Below are positions 1 through 12,504 of a stretch of 64,000 bases of DNA, piece by piece. The stretch comes from Curvularia clavata (Eukaryota), in NCBI GenBank assembly GCA_023920165.1, contig CP089279.1, positions 744,001-808,000 on the forward strand, in the 5' to 3' direction. The notes beneath the pieces were generated by a model. It did not search any database. It was not told where the DNA came from and saw nothing but the letters and a program-made list of their open reading frames with translations. Both the position numbers and the translations under genes were made by a program. Within the stretch, counting starts at the first letter, position 1, and each line of letters starts with the position of its first letter.

Positions 1-155
1 GGGCCTCTCGTCTGCCCTGGTATTGTTACAAGCGCATCCTTGGCTGCATGCGCATTTATGATACAGCTGCCGATCGTATTTCAACTCTCTCAGCCTTCAA
101 CTATATAGATTGGATATGTATACGGTCGTAATATGCGGCATAAGGTTCGTTCTGC

Positions 156-439
156 TTAGAAGAGCTTCGAGACGTACTCGACGAGATGAGGCGCTGCGGT
201 TGATTAGCTCAAATTGCGCTTGCACAGCTCTCCACGTAATTTCTTACAAAAGTACAGAACAATCGCGCTGGCTGCAGTCCACTTGATATCTGACATGGTC
301 TGCGCTTCGGCTGCAGCAAGCTCCTGCTTGGAAGGCTGTGGTGGTGCTGCACCGATTGTCAGTGACATTCCGTCCCCGCACCAGCAATCTCGCGTTCTCC
401 TCTTGCTATTCGACCAGAGCGTGACTAACCTCCGAACAT
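156..439 (-). CDS. TOM5: Mitochondrial outer membrane translocase subunit Tom5 (48 aa, 3 exons: 439-430, 346-248, 193-156)
   Basis: Absent from the ORF track. Manual splicing over two canonical introns (GTTAGT..ACTGAC..GCAG 429-347; GTAAGA..GCTAAT..GCAG 247-194) gives MFGAPPQPSKQELAAAEAQTMSDIKWTAASAIVLYFSPHLVEYVSKLF*. This matches the fungal Tom5 pattern (MFG start, E-L-x-A-A-E-A, LY-x-SP tail anchor). Confidence 0.9.
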
Positions 440-1581
440 TGTGTGATGATGTGGGTTTGATACAAGAGTTTTGCGAGTTTTGAAGTTTACTTGATCAGAT
501 CGTGTCGCAGATGACGTTCTCAAAGTACGTGAGTATGCAAAAGTTTAGGACCGTCGGAGTTTGGGCGCCGGATGCTGCCGACAAGGTAAAGGTCACGTGA
601 AGATATGCACGATGCATTTGCATTGACAGACTTGCTTTGCTTCTACCAAGCTCCTTTCCTCCTCGCCTGAATGATCGACAGGAACCAAACTTTACAGCCA
701 GGCCCCTCGAAATCACGCCTATACGTTGTGTTTAGCTCCGATGGTGTCCTCGGGACTGAGGACGAGCGGCCTAAATCTCACAACATCAACCAAAGAAACC
801 AGCTAGATGCCTCTTCTCGTAACCGCATGTACTTATCTCCTGTTCTTGTATTCATAATTCGTCTCAAAGCACCAAATATTTCCTGGACCGTCTTGACCAA
901 CTTTGAAAAGAAACATCATCTCCGTTTGTTTGGTGCTTTCTTGGCTACCCCTGTCTGTTAAATCTCTCGCCCTGTCTCCTGTCAGCAAGCTCCCTGTCTA
1001 ATGTACATATACGGAATGGGCCAAACGATCGACCTGCCCGGTAAACAAAGCAAGTTCTTACCGATTGTTTGCAATTTATTGAGTGTCCGCCTGTGATGGA
1101 GGTACTTGTATTTGCCACGCGTATCGCATCATAAAGACTCTACTGACAGCGACCAACTGTTCTACTCTTCCAACAGCACAAGCCGACATTCTCTGAACTT
1201 TAAACAAACCTTGCATAACTTGGAGCGCCGACCTAATATCCAGGGTTAGTTAGCATTGATCGCCATCCCGCCCTCAACAGTAAACGATTGTTTCGTCGCT
1301 GACATGACGCCACTATGCTGCGCGGCTCCAACCCGAACTGATCATATTGCGCACATAAGCCTCTCTAGACTATTGGTCCATTCCACACATGGGGGGATGA
1401 TCTTCATGCCCCGGCTTGCTCACTAGACCCTATGACGCTAATGGGTATGCCGGGGGTATCTTTTAGCTTGGAGTCGCCGTCCGCCTGGAGGTATATTGTA
1501 TTAATATACCGTAGTCGGTCTTACACGTTCCGTAGGACCCTCCTTATTGCCACTCGGTGCTTGTTGTTGCAGTGGTCGGAG

Positions 1582-4193
1582 ATGCTCTATCTTACAACTG
1601 CCCTGCTGAGCGTCTACTCGACGTGCGCGTTCGCACTGCATGCTCCATATGCTCACGAACCTGTGCACATTGCCGCTCGTACAGAGCCCCATGCTCATGC
1701 ACATGTGAAGCCCAGGCAACAGGATACTTCCAAGACGACATGTGCCCCTTATTGGATGGAAGACATCAAACATCAGGGCATTGCCAGTTTCAATCCTAAC
1801 CCGAATAACTACACCGTCTTTCGAAATGTCAAGTCGTTCGGCGCAAAAGGAGATGGAGTAACGGACGACACTGCGGCTATTCAGCGCGCCATATCCGAGG
1901 GCAACCGATGTGCGCCTAACTCTTGCTCAAGCTCTACTACGACCCCAGCTGTTGTGTACTTTCCAGGCGGAACATACTTGATATCTAATACCATTTACGA
2001 CTATTACAATACTCAGGTATAGTGTCCATAACCGTTTTATCGAGAATGTATTTGCCTAACATGTCCAGATCGTTGGAAACCCCAACTGTCTTCCTACTAT
2101 TCGTGCTACTGCCAACTTTTCATCCCCCGGCGGAACAACAATCATCGATGCTACTGGTTATGGATCTACAGTCACTTTCTACCGCCAGATTCGCAATCTC
2201 GTCATTGACACCACCCAACTATCTGCCAACTTCTCAGCTGTCTTGCTCCACTGGCCAACTGCACAAGCGACCAGTATCCAAAATGTTGTATTCAATATGA
2301 ATGCCGAAAACGGGACAACACATATGGGTCTCATGATTTCTTCTGGATCTGGTGGTTTTTTGACTGATCTCACTTTCAACGGAGGACGCCGGGGCTTCCT
2401 GGCTGGCAACCAACAGTTCACCACTCGGAATCTTACGTTCAACAACATGGACACTGCAATCGAGATGTGGTGGGACTGGGGCTGGACATACAAGTCGGTA
2501 TCTATCACAAACTGTCGCGTCGGCTTGAACATTACCGCGGGTGGCTCTTCAGCACTCAACATAGGATCCATCACGCTGATCGACAGCGAAATCAAAAACA
2601 CACAGATCGGCATCGCCACTGCCAGAACCGACTACTCTCAGCCTGCTGCTGCCGGAGCCATTTATATGGAAAACGTTAAATTCGAAAACGTGCAGGATGC
2701 TGTGTTTGGACCCAATGGAACCTACTTGGCAGGATCTTCTGGTGCCTCTATAATCGATGCTTGGGCTGATGGGCACCGGTATCTACCTCAAGGGCCCATC
2801 AATGCTCGTGGTCGTCTCACACCTACGGTACGACCTGCTGATTTGGTAGATGCCCAAGGAAACTTCTATGAGCGATCAAAACCCCAATATGGAGATGTGC
2901 CATTGTCGCAGTTCTTGAGTGTCCGCGACCTTGGCGCCAAAGGAAACGGTCGTACGGACGACACTGCCGCTCTCAATGCTGCTATCCTCAGAGCTAAAGA
3001 AGAAAACAAGATTCTGTTTCTGGATGCAGGATACTACAGAGTCACTTCCACTATACACGTCCTTCCCGGCTCCATCATTGTCGGTGAACCGCTTACAGCA
3101 GTAATTCTATCCTCTGGCTCGTTCTTCAACTCCATGGACCAACCTCAACCGGTTGTAAGGATTGCCACCCCAGGCGAAAAGGGGCGCGTTGAGATTTCCG
3201 ACCTCATCGTCAGCACGCAGGGCCAGCAGGCTGGCGCCATTCTTTACGAGTACAATCTCGGCACATACGACGAAGAGCCAGCCGGTCTCTGGGATGTACA
3301 CGCACGTATTGGAGGATTCGCTGGATCTGAGCTGCAAACTGCGCAGTGCAAGAAGACGTCTGACGTGGAGATCACCGAGGACAACCTGGCCAAGCAGTGC
3401 ATAGCCTCTTATATGACAATGCATGTCACGAAGTTTGGCGCTGGGCTTTACATGGAGAATAACTGGCTCTGGACTTCTGACCATGAGCTTGACGGCGATG
3501 AGTCTCAACTAACCCTCTATGCTGGTCGAGGATTGCTCGTTGAGAGCATCAACGGGCGACTATGGCTGTAAGTTTCTCATAGGTTCTCTGTCTTCAAAAG
3601 AAAGCTAACGAGAACTCCAAAATAGTTACGGCACATCAGTCGAACACCACACGCTCTACCAGTATCAGTTCGTCGACACTCGCAACATCTTCATGGGGCA
3701 AATTCAAACCGAAACGGCCTACTACCAGCCCAACCCCAACGCCACCATTCCCTTCCCCAACAACCCCGTCCTCAGCGACCCCGACTTTCTGTCTTCTCCT
3801 CCACCCTCTGCGCCACCCTCTTCCTTCCTCCCCCTCCCTAACAGCACACAAACCACAAACTCGAGTACCCCAAGCCCAAATACAGCATCCGGCTGGGGTC
3901 TCCGCATCCTCCGCAGCAACAACATCCTTGGCTATGGCATAGGACTCTATTCTTTCTTCAACAACTACAGCACGAACTGTTCCCGCATCGATGCTCAAAC
4001 AGCTTGTCAGCGGCGCATCCTGAGCATAGAGGGTGCCACTCATTCGTACGCTATCAATCTGTATAACTTGAATACGGTGGGCGCCACGCAGATGATTACA
4101 AGAGATGGTGTGGATATCGCAGACAGTGCGGACAATAATAGTACATTTGTGGATACGATTAATGTGTATAGAATCGATGTGTTTGGGTCATGA
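1582..4193 (+). CDS. Secreted GH55 exo-beta-1,3-glucanase (pectate lyase-like beta-helix)
   Basis: Signal peptide MLYLTTALLSVYSTCAFA; YW-x-E-x-IKHQG; two GAKGDG/GAKGNG-x-TDDTAA repeats; GTSVEHH-x-LYQYQ catalytic region. Introns 2017-2068 and 3568-3625 join the ORFs in frame. Confidence 0.93.
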
Positions 4194-4926
4194 AGGGTAG
4201 AATGCTGGTATCAGTGTCTAAATATAGAAGATGGAAAGGTGGATTTACGTGTGCTTTATCCGGTTTGTCTGTTTCTTGTACACATCTTTCAGCAGACGTA
4301 TTATTTTACGCACATTTCGTTGCTCTGTGTCTAGCGCGGGTTTCCACTGGGTCTACTGTATGGGCTTATGGTGTACATGTGCTTTGACGACTTTGTTCTT
4401 CAAGAGAGTGGTTCAATATAAAGATTGTCCGGCGTACCGTTACCTGGGCTTTTATTTGCTCACAGGTTAAGAATAAGATCAACGGATCACTTGAACAGGG
4501 TTACCAGTGTGTAGCATTATACTGAGCTGTGTACGCATATTCAAATTTGGAAGAATTCAATCGTTGCCAATTCCGGGCAAGTTATTCTTCTTCAGTAACG
4601 GCCGGCTATTTGCATGACAAATACTTCTGGCTTGATATGTCTGGACGCATGTGAAGAGAGAAAGGCCAAGGGATTAGGATTGAAAGTATGAATGTCAATG
4701 CATAAGCTATAGTGTACAGTACAGGCTTTTCAAACTGGCCAACCTCGTAAACAATCCCCATACGCAAAATAACGCCCGCTATGCATTCTCTCCAGATAAC
4801 CCCAATCGCACATGTGAAAAACTCATAGAGATTCCCTCACATAAAAGCTATAGTTCTAATGAAAGCCAAGGATGAAGAAACGAGAAAGGGTATGTAAAGA
4901 CCACATCTGCTCGGTAGGATGTTGAC

Positions 4927-6385
4927 TCAACGCCTGCCACCACGACCGCCCTTGATTTGCTTCATGATGTCGACGTTGGTCGAACGATTTCGAGCATTCT
5001 CGTTGAATACAACGTTGCTCTTGGGCGCAATGGTATATGTGGTGGGACCAGACTCCATGCGAGCACGTTGGAAAGCACGAGGAGCTTCGAGTGCCTTCTT
5101 TCGGCTGGCAGCGATGGCGGCTTGTTGGCTGTTGACGGCCCTGTCTCCAGTGTTGACTTGACTGTAGAAATATCAGCACATGTGTACAATTTATCAAACA
5201 GGCTGAAGCATACCTTGGATCGTAGTCAGCCTGGGCGAATTCTTTCTTCCTGTAGTCGTCTGTGCGCCTGAGGATGGGCCGAGTCCAGTCAGTAAAGAGA
5301 CGCTCGGCTTGTCGCTTAATGGATAACTCCGGCTTCTTGCTCTTGATATAGAACATGATCACTTTGCCAATACCAGATGCGACAAGCGTGTCTTTGTTCA
5401 CAGGGAGCTTCGCCAATGAAGCAAAGAGGTCCTTCTGAATATCATACGCGGGCAGACTGCCGTCGCTTAGGGGCTCCAGGAAGAAGCGCACGGATTCGAG
5501 CAAGTTTACTTCAGGGTCCACGATAGTATCCCTCAAGTTGGTCCTGTTGAGCAGAGCCGTGACTTCAGGCAAAAGCTTGAGCTTGTGTCGCGCGGGCTCG
5601 TTGCGCTTCCTGCCCTCATTGTCGGCCTCGGCAGCTTGCGCCATACGACGTCGCATTTCCTCGATTTCCTGATCAGCCATTTGTTCGAGATCGATTCCGT
5701 CCTTCTTGCGACGGCGGTTCGAGCTACCCTTGACAATGCTGTCAATCTGGGCGTTTAGGGCTCTTTTCCTTCCTAAACAAAGAATCAGCATACGCGCCTA
5801 GTCAGTTCGATTGCTGAAGCACTTACGTTCTTCTGGAGTGAGGTTCTCGTCTGGGTCGGCTTCCGGGCTGACATCCCGTACTCTGCCTGCTTTCTTGGAT
5901 CGCTTGCTACGCCTCTCGCCCTCAACAATGTCTCCGTCTTCATCACCATCCTTGTTCTTCTTCCTGCGAGGCTTGTCTGCCCTCTTTTTCTTCTTCTTAG
6001 GCTCTTCGCCTTCACCCGCAGTGCGCTTGCGCTTGTGTACACCAATCTGCTTGACATTGTCTTCGTCAATGATCTGGGCTGGGCGCTCGTCAATGGCGAC
6101 ATTGTTGATGTCAAAGTCGCCAAACTGCTCGTCCATCTGGTCATCGTCAAGCGCCTCGGAAAGCACCGACTCGTTGTCGGACAGGCCAGCTTCGACGTCA
6201 TCCTGGTCGGGCATGTCTCCAGGTCGGTCCTCTGTCACCTCCATATCTTGATCTGGGTCTCCGATCGGGGGGTTCGGAGTAGAGTTCTCCTCATCAATCT
6301 CGGGGCGCAGAGGATCGGCTGGATCGTTGCCAGCTTCAGGGAGCGGCGACCGCGAGTGCGACCTGGTAAACTCGACGTCCTCCAT
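4927..6385 (-). CDS. IWS1: Transcription elongation factor Iws1/Spn1 (TFIIS N-terminal-like domain)
   Basis: Acidic N-terminus; FLEPLSDGSLPAYDIQ, SGIGKVIMFY and WTRPIL motifs. Introns at about 5773-5826 and 5162-5213; last exon ends KQIKGGRGGRR* (TGA 4927-4929). Confidence 0.92.
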
Positions 6386-7203
6386 CCCTTGTGCCCGAAT
6401 TAATTTATCCCAGTTGCAGTATCGGCCGAGTAGCGCGAGTTTCGGGGAATGTTCAGCAGGTATTGATCGCGGTAAGAGTGGTGGGGCGCGAATGGTGATC
6501 AAAGTGATTGCCAAAGGAAAGTCGGAGACGGAGCGCGACTGCGACATGACGCGCGGCGATACTATCTCCCGGGCCGGTCTTGGCATTATAGTTCGCGGAT
6601 TCCTGTCAACGTCTCCAGCCGCTCACCTCCGTCCTCGTCCTTATGCACCCTTTTGCCTGAGCACCACCCTCAGGCCCACAACGCCATCCGCCCTATTTAC
6701 AGCGACGAGTGTTTCACACTGAGCACACCTGATTCTCACTGCCGCTTCACAAAAGCAGGTACTTACGATACCGGCGATACCTTTCGCAACCTTGGCGTCG
6801 CTGTCGCAGCACCTGAGAGTCGCTTCAGGATCTTGTTGACGATCGTACCACAGTCGCGCATTGCTGACAAGCTCTTGGCTTGAAGGAGGGAGGACATACA
6901 GACAGAAGGAGGATTGCAGTAGCTGGAGGAGAGCGAGTTTGTTACTGCCTAGCTGTACCGGCGCAGTCTACACTGCGTCATTTGGCGCGGCCATAGCTAG
7001 TATCCAACAAGCACTGTCATTACGTGTGTTCGTCGAGAGCGAGGAAGCATATCGTCTATCTTGTTCATCTGTCATCGACATTGGCAGTGTTGGTCCTTTC
7101 CGATCACAAAGCAAGCTGCTTGCTCTGCCCACTGCGCGCAACATCACCCCCTCTGACACAGCACATATCCTTTTTGCTCTAACCCAAAGCACGCTTGCCC
7201 ATT

Positions 7204-9427
7204 ATGTCTCTCCCCGCTGCTGAAGTGGCAGCCGATTTTCGAGATGCACTCCAAGATTTGAGGATGAACAGCAGGCCCGAGATTAGCAATCTTACCCTCA
7301 TCGCCAAAGAGAACACAGAGTATGCCGAAGCTATATCCAACGAGCTCCAGAAGCACATCCAGTCGGTGAGTCTTGAACACATGCCTCGATGGGGTGATGT
7401 GACATTATCCTCTTGTTCCCCGTTATGTTTCTGATGCTGGTGACTAATCGGAATAGACTCGTCCTGAATGGAAACTTCCCGCTCTTTATGTGCTTGATTC
7501 AATTGTCAAGAATGTTGGAACACCATATACCGTTTACATTGGCCGCAACCTGTACAGAACATTCATGGATGCTTATCTTGTCATGGACCAAGCCACTCGC
7601 AAGAACATGGAGGGCTTGTTGAAGACGTGGAAGATGCCTGTGCCTGAATCTATGGACCCGCGCCCAGTGTTCTCAGCCGACGTGACGCAAGATATTGAGA
7701 ACGCACTGGCTAAATTCCATGCAGCTCAACAGCAGGTACGGCCGCAACACGCGCTTCCACCTCGTCCTCCGTCACTCAACGTGGCCTGGAGAGGTACATC
7801 AACACCGCCGCAGAACGGTCCACGCTACGCTGCTCCCAATGACCCGCGTGCTCGACCAGTGAGTCCTCATCCTTTAGACATACAATGCCGAATATTAATG
7901 GTCCATCCTCAGTCATACCCGCCGACCCCCCAATATGGACCCCCATCACATGCCCCTACACCACCACTTCCATATGCACAACCTCAGCCACCTGCTTCAC
8001 CCATGTCGTCCATTGATCTTGCTGGATTGAAGGCGGAGGTCACTCAGTTGATTAGCACTACACAGAGTACATTCGCACAAAATCCAGCTGATGCTGCCTT
8101 GCGCACTAAGTTGTCAGCTTTATTATCTCTCAAGCAGATATTGGACACACAGACTCTACCTCCACAGCAACTGGAAGCTGTGCGTCAACAGATTCGAGCC
8201 TTGGCACCTCCGCCCGCTCCAACGCCCACATTTGCACCTTCAACACCAGTGTATCCCCCCCAGCAGGCACCGACACCTAGCTACCCTACTCAATTCCCTC
8301 CTGTGACTGCTTCACCGGTCAGTGTCCCACCAAATGTGGCACAGCTTCTTGCAAACTTTAGGCCACCGCAGTCAACTCCGCAGCCTGCATCAACTCCGAA
8401 CCCACCAGCTTTGAGCCTGGCAGAGTTGCTGAAGCGTGTGTCATCACCTGCGCAACCAAATTCAGTACCTGCACCGGCTCCATTCCAACCACCGTTTCAA
8501 GGCTTTCCACCGCCTGTTTCTACCCCAGTACCCGTGCCCCAATCTGCTCCCCCAGCTCAGTCCAGTACGCCAACCACCAACCTGGCCGAGTTGCTTGCCC
8601 AGTTCAGCAAGCCTGCTGCTGCACCACCTCCAGTTCAGCCCCCGCCTGTCCAAAGCACTCCCATACCTCAATTGCCAGTACAGCCTGCGACCGCAGTCCC
8701 AGCCCTTGGTAGCGCGGAATGGCTCCTCAAAGCCTTGAGTAGTGTATCCGGTGCTCCATCCGTAAACGTAGTTTCTAGTGCACCTATACCAACAACTGAA
8801 CAGGCAGCGGCACCGGTTGGCTTGTTGGATCAGATTGAGCTCACAACGGCATCGATGAAGATACCCCGTCTACACCTAGTTTCCCGTCTCTATGAAGCCA
8901 AGCCTAACATTTGCGCCACCTGCGGTCGGCGCTTTGAAAGCACGCCTGAAGGAAAAGAAAAGAAGGCTCGCCACATGGACTGGCATTTCAAAGTCAAGGA
9001 CCCCGATGCGGCCAAGCGAGGTGTGCATCGCAGCTGGTACATTCCCGAGAAGGAATGGATCGAGTACCACGAAGCCGATGAAACCGCTCCAAACCAGTCC
9101 AGCCACTCCTCGTCAGCTAACAACGCTGGCAAGCCGAAGAAACAGACCAAAGACCGGTACGTTAGTGTTCCACAGGATGTCACACTGCAACAAGCGCCTT
9201 GCCCAATCTGCCAAGAAAAGTTTGAAACGCAGTGGAATGTGGAAGCGAATGATTTCGTTTGGATGGATGCCCTGAGCGTTGGTGGGAAGGTATATCACGC
9301 CACATGCTTTGAAGAGTATAGCAAGGGAATTGGTATTGAGATGCCTGGAACTCCAGACTCTGTACTTGGTAAAAGAAAGGCAGATTTGGGAACGAATGGA
9401 GAAGGCAAGAAAGTCAAGGCTTACTAG
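7204..9427 (+). CDS. PCF11: mRNA cleavage/termination factor Pcf11 (CID domain, Pro-rich linker, zinc-binding C-terminus)
   Basis: CID motif KLPALYVLDSIVKNVG; CATCGRRF..HMDWHF; RSWY; CPICQEKF..YHATC. Intron 7366-7456 and probable in-frame intron 7859-7912. Confidence 0.93.
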
Positions 9428-10075
9428 GCGTACTGGGCGTGACTTTTGATGCTCATGGCCCAAAACTAAAGGTTTCTCCTGGCGTGGCTGAAATTTGCTT
9501 CATGTCTAGCGTGGCGTTGGGTGCTCTATGTCAGCATTTTTCTTTATTTCTTTGAATAGCTATTGTCATCATAGTCGAGGCGTCTTGGACGTGCTCAGGC
9601 GAGTTTGTAGTTTTCGGGAAATTCTTGTCAATCAAACTATCTTTATAATATTCGTCATGCACCGCGGATCTCACACAGCACTGCTTTACGATTCCGAATC
9701 ATTGATTGGATTGGGATAGGATTGAATCAGGGAACTGAACAATACCAAAATACATGTTTGTCTGCGGCAGATACAAATATATGTTGGATGTGCAAGGACG
9801 TTAGAGTGGTTCCTGTGCAGCGGGTATGACACTTGAGAATTAGGGCTATTTTAGCACTTTTGTAATGCCAAGACAAGTGCTTGTAAGTTCTGGTGTTAAT
9901 TGGAGTCATCTTACGTGGATCGTACAGCGGGGCTAGTGACACCAGGAAAAAAGTCTGTCCCGCTAGTACACCAACCATAGATTATCAGATGGAGTATCTG
10001 ATATTTCCCGTTGAGATCATTTTAATTATTAATATATTTTTTATGAATGTAAGATTTTCCATCAAATCAGTAACC

Positions 10076-10179
10076 GCCCGGCTAGCTCAATCGGTAGAGC
10101 GTGAGACTCTTAGCTTTCACGTCCTAAACAGACTCGATTGGTTATCTCAAGGTTGTGGGTTCGACCCCCACGTCGGGCT
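10076..10179 (+). tRNA. tRNA-Lys(CTT) with 31-nt intron (10113-10143)
   Basis: Acceptor stem GCCCGGC/GTCGGGC, D arm TAGCTCAATCGGTAGAGC, anticodon arm TGAGA-CT-CTT-A[intron]A-TCTCA, T loop GGTTCGA. Mature length is 73 nt, followed by T-runs (Pol III terminator). Confidence 0.95.
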
Positions 10180-11009
10180 TTCTTTTTGTTTTTTTTACTT
10201 CGGCTTTCCAAAGCTCAGAAACTTTTTTTGGCTGTTGTTTCGAATCGTGAGGTGTGGGTAGTGCAAACTTGTCCCTTCACCACGTTAAATGAAACCCTGC
10301 GCACAAGACTCATGGTGTAACAACAACATAATATGAGACTTTTGTTTTTGCAAGAATAAATTCTGAAAAGCACGTAGTATTTATATTCTAGAGAGGTCAC
10401 GCACCGGAAGTGACAGCTGGTAAGCTTTCAGGCCTTGTGTTCTTATAATATTCTTATTACTATCCTAATTGCAGCCCAAGTTAGTATTTATTTGAATGAT
10501 GATCAGTGAGTAATAGTGCTTTGCCATGGCGTGGTGATGGGGTGGACTGAGGTCCCAAAGTTTGTGGTCTAACGTGTACGTTGACTGAATCAACGATTTT
10601 GCGCAAAGTACAAATGTGTTCTATTTTGTTAGTTTTTGCATTTCCAAAAAGACACAAAAGCGATAGTGTTCTTGAATCCGTCCATGATGAGCGCTTTTCG
10701 GTAGTGGTCGGCAAATAGCTTCAAACCTCAAGTACGCGAGTCGTTGGGTAGGCTTACTCTAGGGCTCCAAGATAAACTGCTGAAAGGGAGGACTCTCCTA
10801 GGTCTTAAATCACAAATTATATCCATTGGAGTGTTAACAGCAAAATACTAGATTTTTCTCGAAGGGAAGATACGAAGCTAGTGGCGTAATATATCCCATT
10901 CTAACGGTCATTATGCTGTCTACCTGCAGCAAATGCCCATCTAATGCTACTGCTCGTCTATGACATCTATACTCACACATGCAGATTACTCTAGACAACC
11001 CAATACCAT

Positions 11010-12095
11010 CTATCCTCTCGCTTTAGCCTTCAGCCTCAGCGTCCCCTCCTCCTCTCCGTTCTCTTTCTTAATCTGTGCCTCAATCACCCTCCCGATGTTC
11101 CGCCCATCCTGCATGACACCGCCTCTAAGCAGCTCTGTAATTACCCGCCCTCTAACCAACGTCTCTTCCACGACACCCTCCACTTGCTCAGGTCCCACAC
11201 GTCCATACCATACACCCGCTCCCTTCAGCTCGTTGCTTGCCATAGCAGGTGGAATATACATGATAACGTTGCCTGCATACTTGTGACCCCCAATATGACT
11301 TATCAAGCCCACATCAGCGTCTATACTCTTGCGCTCCAACTCCTTGCGGAACGCAGATTGCAGCATTGGCCCCAAGATGCCACAGCGCTGGTCGCGACCA
11401 CCATGCCCACAGATCAGGATCGTAGGCTTGGTGATATCCTGGGCTTTTGGCAACTCTGCGGCTCTTGTCTCATCTCGCGTGAGACTAGCTTTCTGTGCAG
11501 GAGACAGACCATCGTGCATTGGGTGCAGGTTCCTCGCTTTCAGATATGCAGTCGCAAAGTCGGAAAAGGAAGCACTGGTATGCGGAATGCTTGGTATGCG
11601 CTTGAAACTTGGGAATAGCAGCGCGGTAGTGGTGTTGGGGGTCTCACTTTTCGGTAATGAGGAGGCCGTGATGAGGACGTTGGTGAAAGGCTAAATTGCC
11701 TCATCATTAGCATTCTTGAAGGTATTTTTGCCTCGAGTGTTCCAGGAAAGAGAAGAGAAAAACGAACCTACATCGAATCCTGGTGCACCTTTACCAATTA
11801 CACCTTTCAGTCCTTTGACAAAGTCCCCCGTCTCGCCTTCTTCCTGCTCAATATTGCTTGTCCAATCTTCTTTGCCAGTACAGAATACAACTTGTTCTGA
11901 ATACGAAGCCATTGTGTTTAGCAGTGGGGTCTTGCGATCAATATCTAAGTCTGGAGGCGCAGAGGCGCATTCGCAGGTTGGCGACGGACATGATGAGATA
12001 TACGGTATAGGCGATGATTGGAGGCGCGCGCGCGTTGTGGAAAAGGACCGGAAAGCATGCCCGGGAAGGACCCGAGAGAGCCGAGCTGCTATCAT
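11010..12095 (-). CDS. Aim32/Apd1-type thioredoxin-like (sucrase/ferredoxin-like) 2Fe-2S protein, probably mitochondrial
   Basis: Arg/Ser-rich presequence; CGHGGRDQRC (C-x8-C) and HIGGH motifs; WYGRV. Intron 11691-11771. Confidence 0.85.
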
Positions 12096-12504
12096 TTGTT
12101 GTAGAGTTTGTGGAGTGCTGGGTGTTTGGAACTTGGGCGTGGGCCTGGGAATTTGTTATAGGTAGGGCGCTCGGAATGGATTCCGCGGCGATGACGCTTG
12201 AAGGCTCGGACATAGCGGACGTAGGGTCGGCTTTGAACGTAGCGCCGGGCAGGGAGTTCTATTAGGACAATGAGCGTTGAAACATGATGTGTTATATTGA
12301 ATTGTTGGAAGGCATTGATAGCATATGCAGGATCCTAAATATCCTACCTTACGGTTGCATTGTGGACCCGAGTGCCACCGTTAAACATGATATATAATGC
12401 AGTTCCGCCATTACATACGACAGAGGGGCATGGCTCATAAATTTTGACGTCTAGTTACGCCTACTATACAATGTGACACTACCAAAGTCATCTATCATAC
12501 ATAT

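Noticed and set aside
1432..1581. Upstream in-frame ATG extension of the GH55 gene
   Set aside because: The signal peptide starts at 1582, and the extension spans a TATA-like AT-rich stretch.
10495..10550. Possible box C/D snoRNA (ATGATGA...CTGA)
   Set aside because: It is short, has no terminal stem and no rRNA guide that I can recognise.
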